A DNA stretch of 64,000 nt from Stylophora pistillata (taxonomy: Eukaryota): NCBI RefSeq assembly GCF_002571385.2, contig NW_019218122.1, positions 6,377 through 70,376 of the forward strand, in the 5' to 3' direction. This document shows, in pieces, positions 1 to 12,593 of the stretch; position 1 is the stretch's first letter, and every line of letters begins with the position of its first letter. A model generated the notes under the pieces. The model was not told where the DNA came from and did not search any database. It saw nothing but the letters and a program-made list of their open reading frames with translations. Position numbers and translations under genes: made by a program.

Positions 1-429
1 TCATTTATTTCGAAGAATAAATAGCTTGTGATTCTCGAGCTAATGAATCGTTGTCCTTTCATACCGTCAAGTCAGGCGCTACGGAGATATAAATCCGATT
101 GCTCGCATAAACAATGAACAAACAAACAAATCAAAACAATCAAATCAAATACGTATTCCCCCACTCCTTTCAAATTTCTCCTTTGGATGTGCTGTGCACC
201 GGCAGTTACGTTTTTGATAGATGGAAATGAGACATACTCACGTCATGTGTCCTTTCGAGAGAGGGATGTGGAATCGTTTCCCGATCATTGGCTCCTTATC
301 GCGCCTAAGACTTGATTAAAACTGAGGGATACCCTGTCATCTGATTGAGGGATGCCCACCTTATCATCTGCAACTAAGAAACAATGGAGGTGCTACTATC
401 ACCGTAATTTTCATAAATTTCACGCAAAC

Positions 430-1060
430 AGATAGATAGCTTTATTAAAAAATCCATTGCAGCCAAAAGGCTGAATTACGGACTGTACAAATGTTTACTT
501 AATACAAAATATAAAAAGAATGAAAAACTAATTAAAAAAAGGCTAAAAATACTGCATATGTATATATATTAAAATTCATGTACGAAAGAGCAAAAATACT
601 ATTGATATATATTATATATATTATACGTAGTGAAATTTAAGGAATAGACGCATTATACGTGATAAAGCCATTTGGAAATAGCCGCGTTGTACATGATAAA
701 ATTATTCTTTAGTCTATTTGTTCTGCAGAAAGGTACGTTAAAAGCGCGCTTTTTCCTTAAGGCTATGGTACTAAGATTACATGACGGCAAAAGGCCATGT
801 AATTTGTGGCAGCTGTTGTCTTTGATCTCACTGAATAGGCGCTCCGTCAGCAATTGGCCCCGTTGGTAGAGGGTGGCAATATTGCACTCTTTAAGAGCTT
901 CTTGGTAATGGAAAAATTATTCTAAGTGCGCGGCGCTGAATTTTCTCTAGCTCTTCAGAGAGATACTGTGGTAGACCATTGTGGAAAACTTGGCAAGCAT
1001 ATTCAGACACGGGCCGGATACATGTAGTATAGAAACAAACTAGCTGCGCAGGATCTCGTA
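430..1060 (-). mobile_element. 3' fragment of an L2/CR1-group LINE (region C-terminal to RT)
   Basis: ORF 891-1214 contains YTTCIRPVSEYACQVFHNGLPQYLSEELEKIQRRALRIIFP, typical of L2/CR1/Crack ORF2 C-termini. The minus strand ends in AATAAA followed by a short (CTAT)n tail near 430-446. Confidence 0.8.
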
Positions 1061-1684
1061 TCGTTTTCCGATCTAAAATTCGTACAATGGCATAAGAGCT
1101 GTCATGCCCCCTAACCATTAAGTAGCCCTCCGAAAACTGCACATTTACATGAGGTACACACACTACAAGGGAAATTAGTAAGTAGCCATCAACTTGAGTA
1201 GGAACTATAAACAACTTCTATGCCAACGGTGATGGGGTCGTTAAAGCTTAGGGAAAATCCCCAAATTTAACTGTAAATATACTTTTTATGAATTTCGAAA
1301 ATGGCATATTCAAGTAATTAGAAAGAAGAACTGCGAGAGCGACACCGCAATAGAAAGCCTCCAATTGCGTTTTCTTTGAGTTTTTAAACTGATGGTTCTT
1401 AAATGCCAGAGACAAGTGCTAGAAATTTATGACATGAAACGTCTAAGCACTTTAAACTATCGTTGGTTAACAAATTAAGTCACACGAGACGAGGAAGCAT
1501 CAGCTTACGGAATCGCTAAGAATGGCAGTGTCCCTTGCCATTCATCTTGTTTTCAGTTCGCAGCTTCATTTCCCTTTCAAAAAGCTGTTTTCAGCCCTAT
1601 TAGCAAGGAAAACAATGAAAACACCGGAAAAATAAGCAAACATTGTTTCGTCGTGTGCTCTGATTGCCCGGCTGACAGCAATCG

Positions 1685-1862
1685 CGAGAGTCACGGCACA
1701 GCCATGGGTACCAAAGTGGCCCCTTCCTTTCCTAACCTTTGTTTGGGTCTTTTCGAAGCTAATACTTTGAAAAATGCCCCATTTCAACAACACACTTGGT
1801 TTAGATACATCGACGATATTTTTATGATCTGGACCGAAGGTTTAGATAACCTGAAAATATTC
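1685..1862 (+). mobile_element. Penelope-like element reverse transcriptase fragment, cut by an assembly gap
   Basis: Translation HGTAMGTKVAPSFPNLCLGLFE...WFRYIDDIFMIWTEG shows the PLE RT motifs GxAMG and RYIDDIF. Confidence 0.85.
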
Positions 1863-1873
1863 NNNNNNNNNNN
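1863..1873. other. assembly gap (N run)
   Basis: 11 N characters. Confidence 1.
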
Positions 1874-2273
1874 TCCACGGTTGCTTGCTGAACATTTCAC
1901 AGTTGAAATAGTGACTGACTTCGCGACAAACTTGGCGGAAGTCATCATCAGAATCATGTCACACAAAGCTAAACAAAGAACATCAAACAAACATAACAAA
2001 AACAAGTCCAGCTCTTCCTCGATTTCACTTTATTGGGTCTTTGCAAAACTTACAATTATATAGGAGTCAACCTTTTCATGCATTACACTACCACAGCAAT
2101 TCGTAAAAATCAAACTTATCGATAATTTGATTCTATAATAAAAACGTTCATGAAAGGCAAACTTGTTAAAACATCAGGAAAAAGTCCAAAAAGGGGTAAT
2201 TATGCGAAATTAATTGTGTTCTATCTAACAGTTGACATTTTTGAACCAAGTGTTATGATCGCCCACTACAAAA

Positions 2274-3719
2274 TCAAGCTACGGTTTTAAAGGAGCTTTT
2301 GAACACGCAGGTGCATTCAGTGACTATAAAGTCTTTGAATTCCTGCAGAACAAAATTCCCAGTAGTTTCGTGCACCTTTAGGATATGCAGGCTCTTGAAG
2401 GCGGATGGCACACAGCAGTACTCTTCAGCCTTACTGTTGTTTTTGGCTAGGTAATATAGGTACTTAAGGTAACCATGGTTCGTGAAACGGCGAGGTCCAC
2501 CACTTAAGGGAGAATCGCATTTGCCGTCTCAGTCGTAGGCATTGAAGGTGATTGGCTGGAGTATCATCCCATCAGGAAATTGACGGGTCTCGATGTGAAA
2601 ATCTCGTCTTGAGCAAGCCAGCTTCTGAGCAGTAGAACGGGATACGATTTGCTGCTCTGATGAACGTCGGTTTCTGCAAAACAATGAAATAGTTATTTTA
2701 GTCAAAAATGTTATTTTTGAAGAAAAACTTGAAGAGATAAACAAGTCTGGGTGGGGCTTCTAATAATCTCCAATACAAGTGTACTCAACTTAAATTTTGG
2801 ATTTTAAGATGTTAATGGATTAAAACAAGAGCAAGATAGAACAAAACATATCAAATCAAAGCTATTCCACTTTGACGAGTCGAACCGATGGGCACTTTTA
2901 AAAGAGGATTTTTTCCAGCCTACCAATGGACCGTTGCCTTCAACGTGAGGGGAAATTGATTTAACTAACACACCTTTCAGCATGGAGGTCGGATACTAAG
3001 TGATCTTCTCTAATAATCACCATCAGCGGTAGGGCAAACTTTCTAATGGTGTTTTCCCTGGGGAACTTTGTAGGATCGGCCGTCTGGTAGACTGCTTTGA
3101 AACTATGGTCGCTTTCAGGGTGTTGAAGCCAGTGGCGCGCGATTTCCGTAACGTCCAACACGATTACGTTTCGGGTAAAACCTGGAATCGCTCTGGCCTG
3201 AGCAACCATCTTCTTGGTCATCGCATCGTAAAAAGACAAGAAAAATGGATGCCCATAGGGAGCTGGGTTGATCATTTCCAGATATATCATAGCCTTAGTG
3301 CGGTCTAGCTTGTCAGCTCGTCTATGATAATGGCGGAGGTCGAAACGAACGACGTTGGAATCGCGAGTAGCTGAAAAACCAAAGAAAAAAGTATTACCCA
3401 TACTTGTGTTTTTGAGGGTAGCTCGTCAAACACGGTTAATGCTATGAAAGACACAAGAATGCGTGGGAAAATATTTTCAAAAGAGTCCATAGAAGTAAAA
3501 AGAAAATGAACAATTACCGTTTCCTTTAAGACATACGAAACCGTGGGGCTGTCCATGGTGCTCCTTGTAGATGGTTTCCAACATTTCATCTTCAACGCGC
3601 GCGTTTTTCTCGAAAAGAATGTTTTCAGGCTCGATATTTTCCTTAGTCACAAATTTAGCGTGTACAAGGAAAGTTGTTGTCGCAGCGAAAAACATCAGAA
3701 AGCTAGCTGAAGGATACAT
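2274..3719 (-). pseudogene. divergent TGF-beta/BMP-superfamily ligand gene, 3 exons, with one in-frame TGA at cystine-knot Cys2 (nonsense allele, base error or recoded codon)
   Basis: Exons 3719-3518, 3370-2974 and 2673-2274, GT-AG, phases consistent, 999 nt in total. Signal-peptide-like N-terminus MYPSASFLMFFAATTTFLVHA; prodomain motif LDVTEIARHWLQHPESDH; furin site RNRR; mature domain ACSRRDFHI...QPITFNAYD*DGKCDSP...NHGYL...YCCVPSAFKSLHIL...DFIVTECTCVFKSSFKTVA-stop. TGA at 2529-2531. AATAAA at 2029-2034 (minus). Confidence 0.85.
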
Positions 3720-4099
3720 CTTGTTGATACTGCTCTCCCCTTCACTGCGTTTCTCCGACAGGACAGTAGAAATGACGAGCAAGATTGCTTGCAACAACTT
3801 TTAACCATACGAAACTGATAACGATAAGAAAAACTGAGACACTATTATTTCCTGCGAGTTAGTGTGTCCAGGTCTAACAAAGATAAGCAATGCAATCTAT
3901 TTCAAGCGAAAAAAACTTCTAAAAACAAAAACATTTTCCCTTGAAGGGGATTGTTGACCCAACTCGAAAACTTGGGCAGACTAAACAAGTGAAACATAGG
4001 ACGAAAGACAACTGAACAATTTCATTTATCTTGAAGTAATCTTTGCTGGATCTTTAAAAATCCACCAGCGAAGTGTCGAGTAGTTAAACTCAATTTGGG

Positions 4100-4780
4100 A
4101 ACTAGACTGGATGGATTACCAATGTTACTGCGTACAGCGGTAACATTGTCGTAATCCAGTGTTACCAAATGTTAAAATAATTGGTACCAACACCCTGACC
4201 AAGGGGGTGGGTTAGCAGCTTGTTGAATCAAAAGCCCCGACAAAAGCATGAAATTTTACACCACCACATCGAAGCAGTTCCATTACTGCGCCCCTCTGGC
4301 AGCAAAAACAGATGCTGATAAGCGATTATGAATAATTAATGACGGGAATTGACATGGTCACTAAAAAGGACACCCTGACCAAGGGGGTGGGTTAGCAGCT
4401 TGTTGAATCAAAAGCCCCGACAAAAGCATGAAATTTTACACCACCACATCGAAGCAGTTACATTACTGCACCCCTCTGGCAGAAAACGGGAAGCTGATAA
4501 AGGGATTATGAGTAGTTAATGATGGGAATTGACAGTTTCTTATCAACATTCAAACGGGTCATTGTAAAGAACAAAAAAGCCGGCACTTGCACTTTTCAAT
4601 ACAGGTGGTTCATCGCACGCAACTTTTCGTTTGTTTATACCATGTAAGGAAATGTATTTGCTCCAAAGGAAGTTTTTATTATCTCATTGATCAACACCAC
4701 CTCCAAGTGAGCCGTGCTCTTTGCCAAATCTTTAACTGACGCGTAACCTTAGAACTTGTTGTTGTTGAGAGTATTCAAGG
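4100..4780. repeat. segment with a 180-bp tandem duplication (units start 4191 and 4371), paralogous to 7007-7400
   Basis: caccctgaccaagggggtgggttagcagc occurs at 4191 and 4371. The anchors actagatggattaccaatg, cccctctggcagcaaaaacagatgctgataagcg and ctcattgatcaac recur at 7007-7390. Confidence 0.85.
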
Positions 4781-6134
4781 TTACTTCCCACCTTCAGATG
4801 CCGAAAAAAAATGTTTTTTTCGTTTGTTTTACTAAATTCAAGTCAAAAATTTCACCTAACGTTTCGAAAAAAATCTAAAAACTGCAAAAGCGTTCAGTTA
4901 TTTAGGAAAACGCATTTTCAAATAAAAGTTACTAGATCAGGAAGGTGCCATAATCTCTTACCTGGGAGAGCCCCTAGGGGAATTTTCGCGGCAACCGCTC
5001 CTCTTCATATTAATTGCGCACAAATTCACACGTGGAAGCTTTTTACTTGTGGAAACATCTTTGCTCATGGAAAATTCAAAAGCAGAAAAAAGTCCCTGGG
5101 TAAAAAAAAAAAGGAAAAAATAGGCTAAAAGAAGAAAGAAGAGTACCATTCTGTCAAGAAGAGAAAAACATCATTGGTGAAAGCGACTGGGATTCCGCTC
5201 CACGCTAGCGTCCTGATTTCGAACAAAGAAGTCATGGTAAAATCAAAATCTTTCGTACATTAAGTTAAAACTAGGTTTCTTTTTATGTATGCAAGTACCA
5301 GCCTTCATACAAAAACATTTACAATCGCTTCAAATCGTAATTTTGAAAGCTGTCCGTGTCGATTCGTTGTCTTGCTTCTCGGCATATTTTTTGGTTTTTC
5401 CATTTTTACCGCGGGGTTTTAGTCTGCCTATTATTGTGTTGTCCTCCTCAAGGCTGCACTGAGCGATCGAGATATAAAAAAAACATGTCCGTAATGAGTT
5501 ACTTTTCCATTGGTTTGCGATTTCAGGAGGCGAGATAAATCTCCTGATGTGGCGCTGGTTGTTTACAAACCTTTTGGAGCTAAAATCTCGCATTTGATTG
5601 TGAGAGGAATACATACACTTTGAGCGAATTCAGAGGGTATGCAGATTTAACCAATTATCGTGAAATTTCGCTGAAAGATTCCAGGGATAATGACAAACGA
5701 AAGAGTGTTGGGATATTTTGATATTTAAATTTTTTTCCATGTCACGGTGGCGTCCATTTACGCAATACGTCTCGCATATTTTAGGCTTCTCTAACTTTAG
5801 ATCCGGATATCTAGACAACCTATCAGAATATCGGAAAATGAAGCCTGACACATTTGTTGATTGATTGCCTTGTGAATAAGACTGTGCAGCCATTTTGCTC
5901 GCGCTGCGGGATCCGATGCCCGATAAATTCAATAGAAGGACCCTCGGTCGTTTCACGCCTTTTTGGCTCCTGACATTTCCTAAATGAAAACATCACTTAT
6001 ATTATATTTTTTAACGTAAACCATATTTACTCACCTTTCTTCTTATGTGTAGTTTGTTAGGAATTTCTTTCAACTAGCGCGCGTACGAGTTTTTTCCGAA
6101 GGACACTCGCGAAGGAGTAAAGTAATATTATTTC

Positions 6135-7880
6135 AAGCTGAGCTTTTTTCAATGAGAAACGAAAAGGTGGCACGTTTATCCCTACCATTGAAATGGGGGA
6201 GTTCTCCTGTTACTATTAAAGCTTTTAATCACTTCAGTCTTTGAACATAGATACCGTCACTCGAAAGGGAAAGAGACGCAATAATAAGTGGAAACTCTTG
6301 CTAGCTCTGTCCAAGAGAAAACTATTGAGTAATCGTGCATTATCCATAGAGTAATTTGATGTCAAAGAGGCAACGAATAAAGAAGACGAAACCCAGGCTA
6401 AATGATGAAATGTTTTGCTCAATAGTGATCTGATCCGAACAAATATAAACTCGAGTTACGGAATTCTTTCCACCCTACTGTTATCCGTGTGTGCTGTAAT
6501 GGTAGTTTATTATGCTTTTAGATATGCTAGTGGACATATTTTTAGATTTTTTTTTACAATTTTTTTATTTCACCAATCCTCCCTAACGAAATCAACAACG
6601 AAAGTCCAATATCCCATGACGCAAGGTCAATCCTCCCTAACGAAATCAACAACGAAAGTCCAATATCCCATGACGCAAGGTCAACCATGAGTGGATCGAT
6701 ATCAAGAGAAAACACTATTCTGCAGTTACAACCTGTGAAATTCTTAGGAGGAAATGCATACTGCATTACGCTGCATGGATATGTATTCAAATAGGGGACG
6801 TAGTGAACCATGCTTTTTAATTTTGTCTTCTGTTATAGTTTGCACTAAAGTAAACTTTTTTTTCCGCCTAAGAGCTTTATCAGCGTGAGTATTCGATAAA
6901 TATCCTGGATGGAAACTTTTATTCTTAAAATCTCAAGGGATCAGTCGAAATTACATTAAACGCAAGGGCCAAATATTTAAACAAAGTTAAGCCGTTGTTT
7001 ACTAAACTAGATGGATTACCAATGTCTCTGCGTACAGCAGTGGTATTAAGGGTGTGGTTAGCAGCTTGTTGAGTCTAAAGCCCCGACAAAAGCATGAAAT
7101 TTCACCCCAACATATCGAAGCGCTTCCATTACTGCGCCCCTCTGGCAGCAAAAACAGATGCTGATAAGCGATTATGAATAATTAATGACGGGAATTGACA
7201 TGGTCACTAAAAAGGACAAAAAATCCGGCACTTGCCCTTTTCAATAGTTTATGCCATGTAAGGAAATATATTTGATCCAGAGGAGATTTTTTATCGTAAT
7301 TATATATCTCATTGATCAACATCACCTCCAAAATCTTTAGCTGATATTTCGCTGACGCGTAACATTAGAGCTAATTGTTGTTGAGAGTATTTAAAGATGA
7401 ACTTTTTTCAATGAAAGACGAAAAGGTGACATGTTTATCCCCACCATGGAAATGGGGGAGTTCCCCTGTTACTTGTAAACTTTTTATTTATTTCTTTGAA
7501 CACAGACACACTCGAAAGGGACAGAGACACAAAATGAGTGAAAACTGTTGCTAGCTTTGTCTAAGAGAAAACTCTCGAGTTAACACAAGGTGATCTTTAT
7601 CCATACAGTAGTCTGATGTTAGAGAGGGACTGGGCAAGAGGAGTTGAAGGAGATACAGTCCAGACTAACAGATTAAACGATGAGATGTTTTGCTCAATAA
7701 TGATCTGTTCCGTACGAATATAGACTCGAGCTACGGGATCATTTCCACCCCACTGTTATGCGTATGTGCTGGAATGGTAGGCCATGACCCCCAAGAAATT
7801 TATCAAGATCCTTTCTTAATTGCCCTGCGAATTTATCATCTTCAATTACTTCTAGTTATTACGTTTTTAGATATGCCAGT
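6135..7880. repeat. diverged direct duplication 6135-6535 / 7400-7885, plus a 54-bp tandem repeat at 6574-6684
   Basis: Shared anchors gacgaaaaggtg.ca.gtttatccc.acca.ggaaatgggggagtt and gttttgctcaata.tgatctg. The unit caatcctccctaacgaaatcaacaacgaaagtccaatatcccatgacgcaaggt is present twice. Confidence 0.85.
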
Positions 7881-8599
7881 GGACGTTACTAATACACGAA
7901 ATGCAGTTACTTTGCTTAACCTTTCCAAGTTGGAAGACAACGACAGTTCCCTCCGACAGAAAAAATCGATAAACATAATTTTTGACATCGTGCCAAGGTG
8001 GTTGAGCTGCCATCATGTCCGCAGGCTAATTTTGTCCGTAGACAAAACATCCTGCTTGACACGGGACTGATCTAGACCAACATCAAGACATTCGAAATGA
8101 CCTTTAATTTGTGCGCGTCTTTTACGAGATAAACGAAGAGCCCTCTAAGACTCATCAGAGTACAGATACAAGTTGGAAATTGGCGATTTCTGCTGTTTTG
8201 GACTTGCATTGCCATCACTGTTTTTCCCGTTATCAGACGGAGTCATCTGATACCAATAATATGTATGCAACGCTGTGATGAGAAGTTTTTGCGTTGCTAA
8301 CATTCCAAGTAAATCACCCCATAATCCCCCTGCCCATTTGGCTCGATTTCCGCCGCTCTCTCGGGTCCGGTCTTTTTCGTTCCTCCCCGGGGAGGAGCAC
8401 GGGGTCCGGTTCCCGAACAGCGACTGTTAAAGCCTACCTGTCCATCGAAGCATTTACCTTAATTTTCTCGCGGGTAATCTGTTGATTTTGCATTAAACTC
8501 GCGTCACTGAGGGTAATAGGGAGGTGCGAGTTATGTGACAATTTTAAAATCTATTGGTAGTTGACTTGAAAAAAATTCTCACCAATCTGCGTTTCCACC

Positions 8600-9253
8600 T
8601 CTCAAATGAATTTTATTGTATTAAGAGTGCCACAGAGCGGCACGAAAATTTGAGCCGACTCGGGTTTATTTCATGCATAATTAGTTGCGTGACGAACAAA
8701 TTTTTATCTGCAAGCATGTAAACAAAACTTTCATGGTGACAAAAATAATCCAAGGAGATCCGGCGCATCAGTAACAAATTTCCAGTTAACACTAGCTTGA
8801 GCATAAGGGAACTTTCCCCGTTTTAAGGGACTTGTTAGGCCCAGTAGAACCGGAGACATCAGTTTTATTTTGAGAAATCGCCGTTAGTGGTATGAAAGCT
8901 CACACGCATCAATGGAATATTGAAGATAGTCAGTGAGATTTGGGCATGGGCTTTATAATTTTTATCAATAAAGTACATGCTAATATAGAGACAGAATTGT
9001 ACACGCGTCTGAATTTCTTTGACCTTTAAACTCGACGAAGAAGCTTTCAAGTTTTCGAAAGTTAGATCAAACAACTTTTGAAAGACTGAAATACATCTCC
9101 TTAGCGTCACGTTTTCGACACCGAAAAAAGTTGAATAACCGTACGGGTTATCCACCAGTGCGGGTAATCTGTTGACTTTTTTTTTCGCCGTATGCAAAAA
9201 TAAACCGGTGCGGGTAATCGGCCGTGCGGGTAAACGGCCGGAAATTACGGTAG
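8600..9253. mobile_element. right end of a probable Tc1/mariner (pogo-like) non-autonomous element
   Basis: Ends in gtgcgggtaaacggccggaaattacggta (reverse complement TACCGTAATTTCCGGCCG..., a pogo/Tigger-type terminus) with subterminal gcgggtaa repeats. No matching left TIR was seen, so the left boundary is uncertain. Confidence 0.45.
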
Positions 9254-11302
9254 CACTAATAAGCACGATCTGAATGGAAGTTGCCGATTTTCTATGCGAT
9301 TTGTCCTCCACTATGGTGTAAAGGTGCAAACCTGTAATTTTGAAGGGTGGATGTAATTAGCTATTGAATGGAACGAAGCGATGAGAAGAAGAAAGTGCCA
9401 TGTTATGTTAAAAATTCTTAACCTTTCAGAAACAAAGAACTAATTACGTACATGGAAATAAAGACTGTGAAAGATGTTCACCATCTGAAAGAACGTGGTT
9501 TTCTTTGAGGTCTTATCCACGAAACGGAAACTGAGTATTGACGATGAGAGAAGGGAAAGAACGCAGCCATAGGCAAAGAATGCTTCGCACAACCGTCTCA
9601 GTTTAGAGGTTTTCAAAGAGTAACTTCGAATGAATGTAAGTTACAATTTTGAAATTTAGTTCTGGTCTGTTGTGCTCAAGAGATATAATTCGCTAAAATT
9701 CAAAACATTAAGACTCTTGAAATTGTAGAAATTTCGCACGCTATGGATGCAAGGTGAATTAACAAGCTGTATCATTGTGACGACGAAAATATTTGGCTTT
9801 TGTATTTAGAAAGATGGAGAGTCAAATACATGTGCAGGTTTAGAGCTGCTAAGATTTATCTCGAGTTTGAAGACTACTCATCATTGAATCCACGACGGAA
9901 AAGAAAAATTCGCTTAAAAATAGCAATTTGATGGCTGGTCGTTAAAGTTATTCGCAATCGAACCCTGATAAATATTGCACAGTTGATATCTTTCGACGTA
10001 GGGAAATTGACTTTCCAGAGCTTACGTGCGGATTGGGTTTAGGGAAATTTGACCCCAGAAGCTTGACCAATCGAAAGCGCGTCGAATAATTCCAGAGAAA
10101 TCAAGTAAATTCAACTAGAATGTTTGTTAGAAGAAACGGTGAATCAAACAATACGGGAAACGGGATGACAAAATAGACATCGTTGCGAAGCTGTAGTTAG
10201 CCAGATCCTCACTATACTTGCAATATAGACCTGAAAACTGAATGTTCCTGTCGACTAAGCAGACCCACGTGTTTGATTACCCCAACTGCTTACATGTGAA
10301 AAGTGTTTATCACAATGCAAATATTCGCATCCACCCAGTAGAATTGGCAGTTTCTTTGTGAGGAATTCAACTTAACAACGCGAAACCTTTTCAGGATAAT
10401 TATATTTACAATTTATCAGTTACATAATGTCTCATTTTTTGTGTTGGAAATTCGCAACACGATGAGGTTTTAGAATGACCCATTTAAGAGTGGGTCCTGT
10501 CTAATAAGGGTAACTTTTACTGATCAGCCCTGCAAGGTAAAAACATCAGCAGCTCTGATATTTAGCTTGCCTAAATCTGTGTATTAGATTTCATCAGTCT
10601 AAGTGGGGAGAAAAGGCCACAGTTGTATTGCTCATGATCACGGCAACCTTGCAGGGAATTGTCTACAGTTCGAACTCAATTGAACCGTAGTCTCCAAAAA
10701 TTCTAAACCCATTCTCATCAGTCAACTCCTCACTCAACCCGTAGTCGAATGTTTTAATCCCCTGGGGTATGCAATAAATTGTGTATTTGAAATTTCTCTG
10801 ATACTGGCTGGACCAGTGGAACAGCCAAATACAATCGGCAGCTCAGTCAGGGGGGACAAGATTTGCGATGCGAACCAGTTGTTTATACTATTTTAAAAAT
10901 GAAACTTTTACCAGCAATCGAATAAGAGCTGGGTATACCATTTATCTAGTATATTTACTAGCCATTAAGTTACTTCTTATTGCTCAGTGGAGAAGGTTTT
11001 CCTTCTCTTCCGAAGTTAAGAATTTTCAGTTCAACATATAGATTTAAAAACAACCATTCTCTCGAAGATCGCTTACTGAGTCGACGTTACGATAAATCTT
11101 TCAAAGCATCAATCTAATAAGAATTTTGCATGTGATTAGGCAAAAACACAGGTCGAATGAAACTGGACACACTACTGCCTACGGTTTAATTGATAATTAA
11201 ATATTCAGTCGCAAACGACAGTATTTGTTTCTCTCTGAATCATTCCCGTCCTTTAATCACTCGATAAAGTTTGCATTGTCACTTCTAAACTGACGCAAAC
11301 CA

Positions 11303-11506
11303 ATGCTCTTTGTTGTTTTTATCGTTTATTTAATACATTTTCGTTCTAGTCAAGGCGCAGTTATTAAAAGGGCGCACGACACCATTCAAGAGATAAATTT
11401 CTATCCAGAGGAAAGAGATTTATCCAGTAGACAGCATTATCCATGCCAACCGTCAAACAATCAGGATCAGATCATTTGCTTTTCAGAATCGCATACATAC
11501 CAATAA
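11303..11506 (+). CDS. hypothetical 67-aa small ORF with a signal-peptide-like N-terminus (copy 1)
   Basis: ATG start; MLFVVFIVYLIHFRSSQG-AVIKR; two Cys. Start and stop are homologous to the ORF at 14782. No expression evidence. Confidence 0.25.
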   Translation: MLFVVFIVYLIHFRSSQGAVIKRAHDTIQEINFYPEERDLSSRQHYPCQPSNNQDQIICFSESHTYQ

Positions 11507-12593
11507 AATGCGTTTTTAGCCGACGATGACTGAACTCATTTGCTTTATGTTCGAGCTGCTTTTCAACAACAAGACTTCGGTTTCAGCTTTGTAAAGCTTC
11601 CTTGTGATTGATTACACTGTATCATTTTAAGTTTTTACTCTTTTGAAGATCCTTCTTACAAAATAACCTTTTCAACGTAAGTGAGAAGTAAAAGACTATA
11701 AGGTAAGTGAACTCTCGAGACTAATGTGACCCTCAAAGAGTCTCTAGACAGTCAAGACTTATATTTTGGAAGTCTTCATCGCGTACACAGAAGCATTGTA
11801 CACCGACTATGAGGATTTATGGAGTCCCCCATTTTTAACTGCTGGGTATTGAGTTTTAAGTGTTCAGGTGAAGTTCAAACATTATCATAATGAGCGAAAA
11901 AGAAGAACAGCAACCATAAATAACTCTATCGTACATCTGCTGGATATATGAATCGATCAAACAGTGACGAAGCATTTGTTAACTCGTTCGACCACTTTTC
12001 CAACAGCCGGGCAATCGTCGATTGCGGATTGTAATGGTGACACTTAACGAGCAAGAGTTTTGCAGTTCGTTTTCCTCTTCCGTTCGATCAACACTCAGTT
12101 CGTTTAGCTGGTTCCGCACCATAGCTTTCAATTATCGTACTTCCCAGAGTTTCAGCTTTTAGTTTTACATGTTTCACAATGAGATTCGTTAAGGATATTA
12201 CTTTGCTAATCTGGCGATGACACTGGGGAAGGACCGTGACGCGCTCTCCCTAATCTTGCAGACAAACATGGCTAGTACACATCAACCCTTTATTTTACCT
12301 ATACTTTTTCTTAGGTCCGATGTTTGAGGGTTCGCCGACGGAGAAGAGGGAAAAGTTTACTCGAGATTCTAAAGATCGGTCTTCCCTGTAAATACCTATC
12401 ATAATTAATGGCGGCTCGATGAATTATCGCGAGCATGCAATGGCAGGTCGTTTTTTTTCCAATAAGATGACTTTACGGTACTGAGGTCTGTGATTCTTCG
12501 AAGCTTTTCTTTCATCTGACCAATGCACACGGTTTTGGTTACGTTTATCGCATTTCGTACTCGAAATGTGCTCCATGTTGCAGTTTGGAATTA

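Noticed and set aside
2040-2155. Possible SECIS elements in the TGF-beta 3' UTR (minus-strand ATGA...AA...GA at ~2152-2108 and ~2080-2037)
   Set aside because: Helix II does not pair convincingly next to the putative GA quartet, and the stronger fold is a simple palindrome (aatcaaattatcgataagtttgatt). Not supportable without a covariance-model search.
3305-3595. Alternative acceptor at ~3441 giving a hydrophobic, truncated TGF-beta product
   Set aside because: It shifts out of the prodomain frame and stops at 3305. The acceptor at 3371 has a better pyrimidine tract and preserves the frame.
6415-6690. ORF with an 18-aa repeat
   Set aside because: Product of a 54-bp tandem duplication within duplicated DNA; non-ATG start and no recognisable domain.
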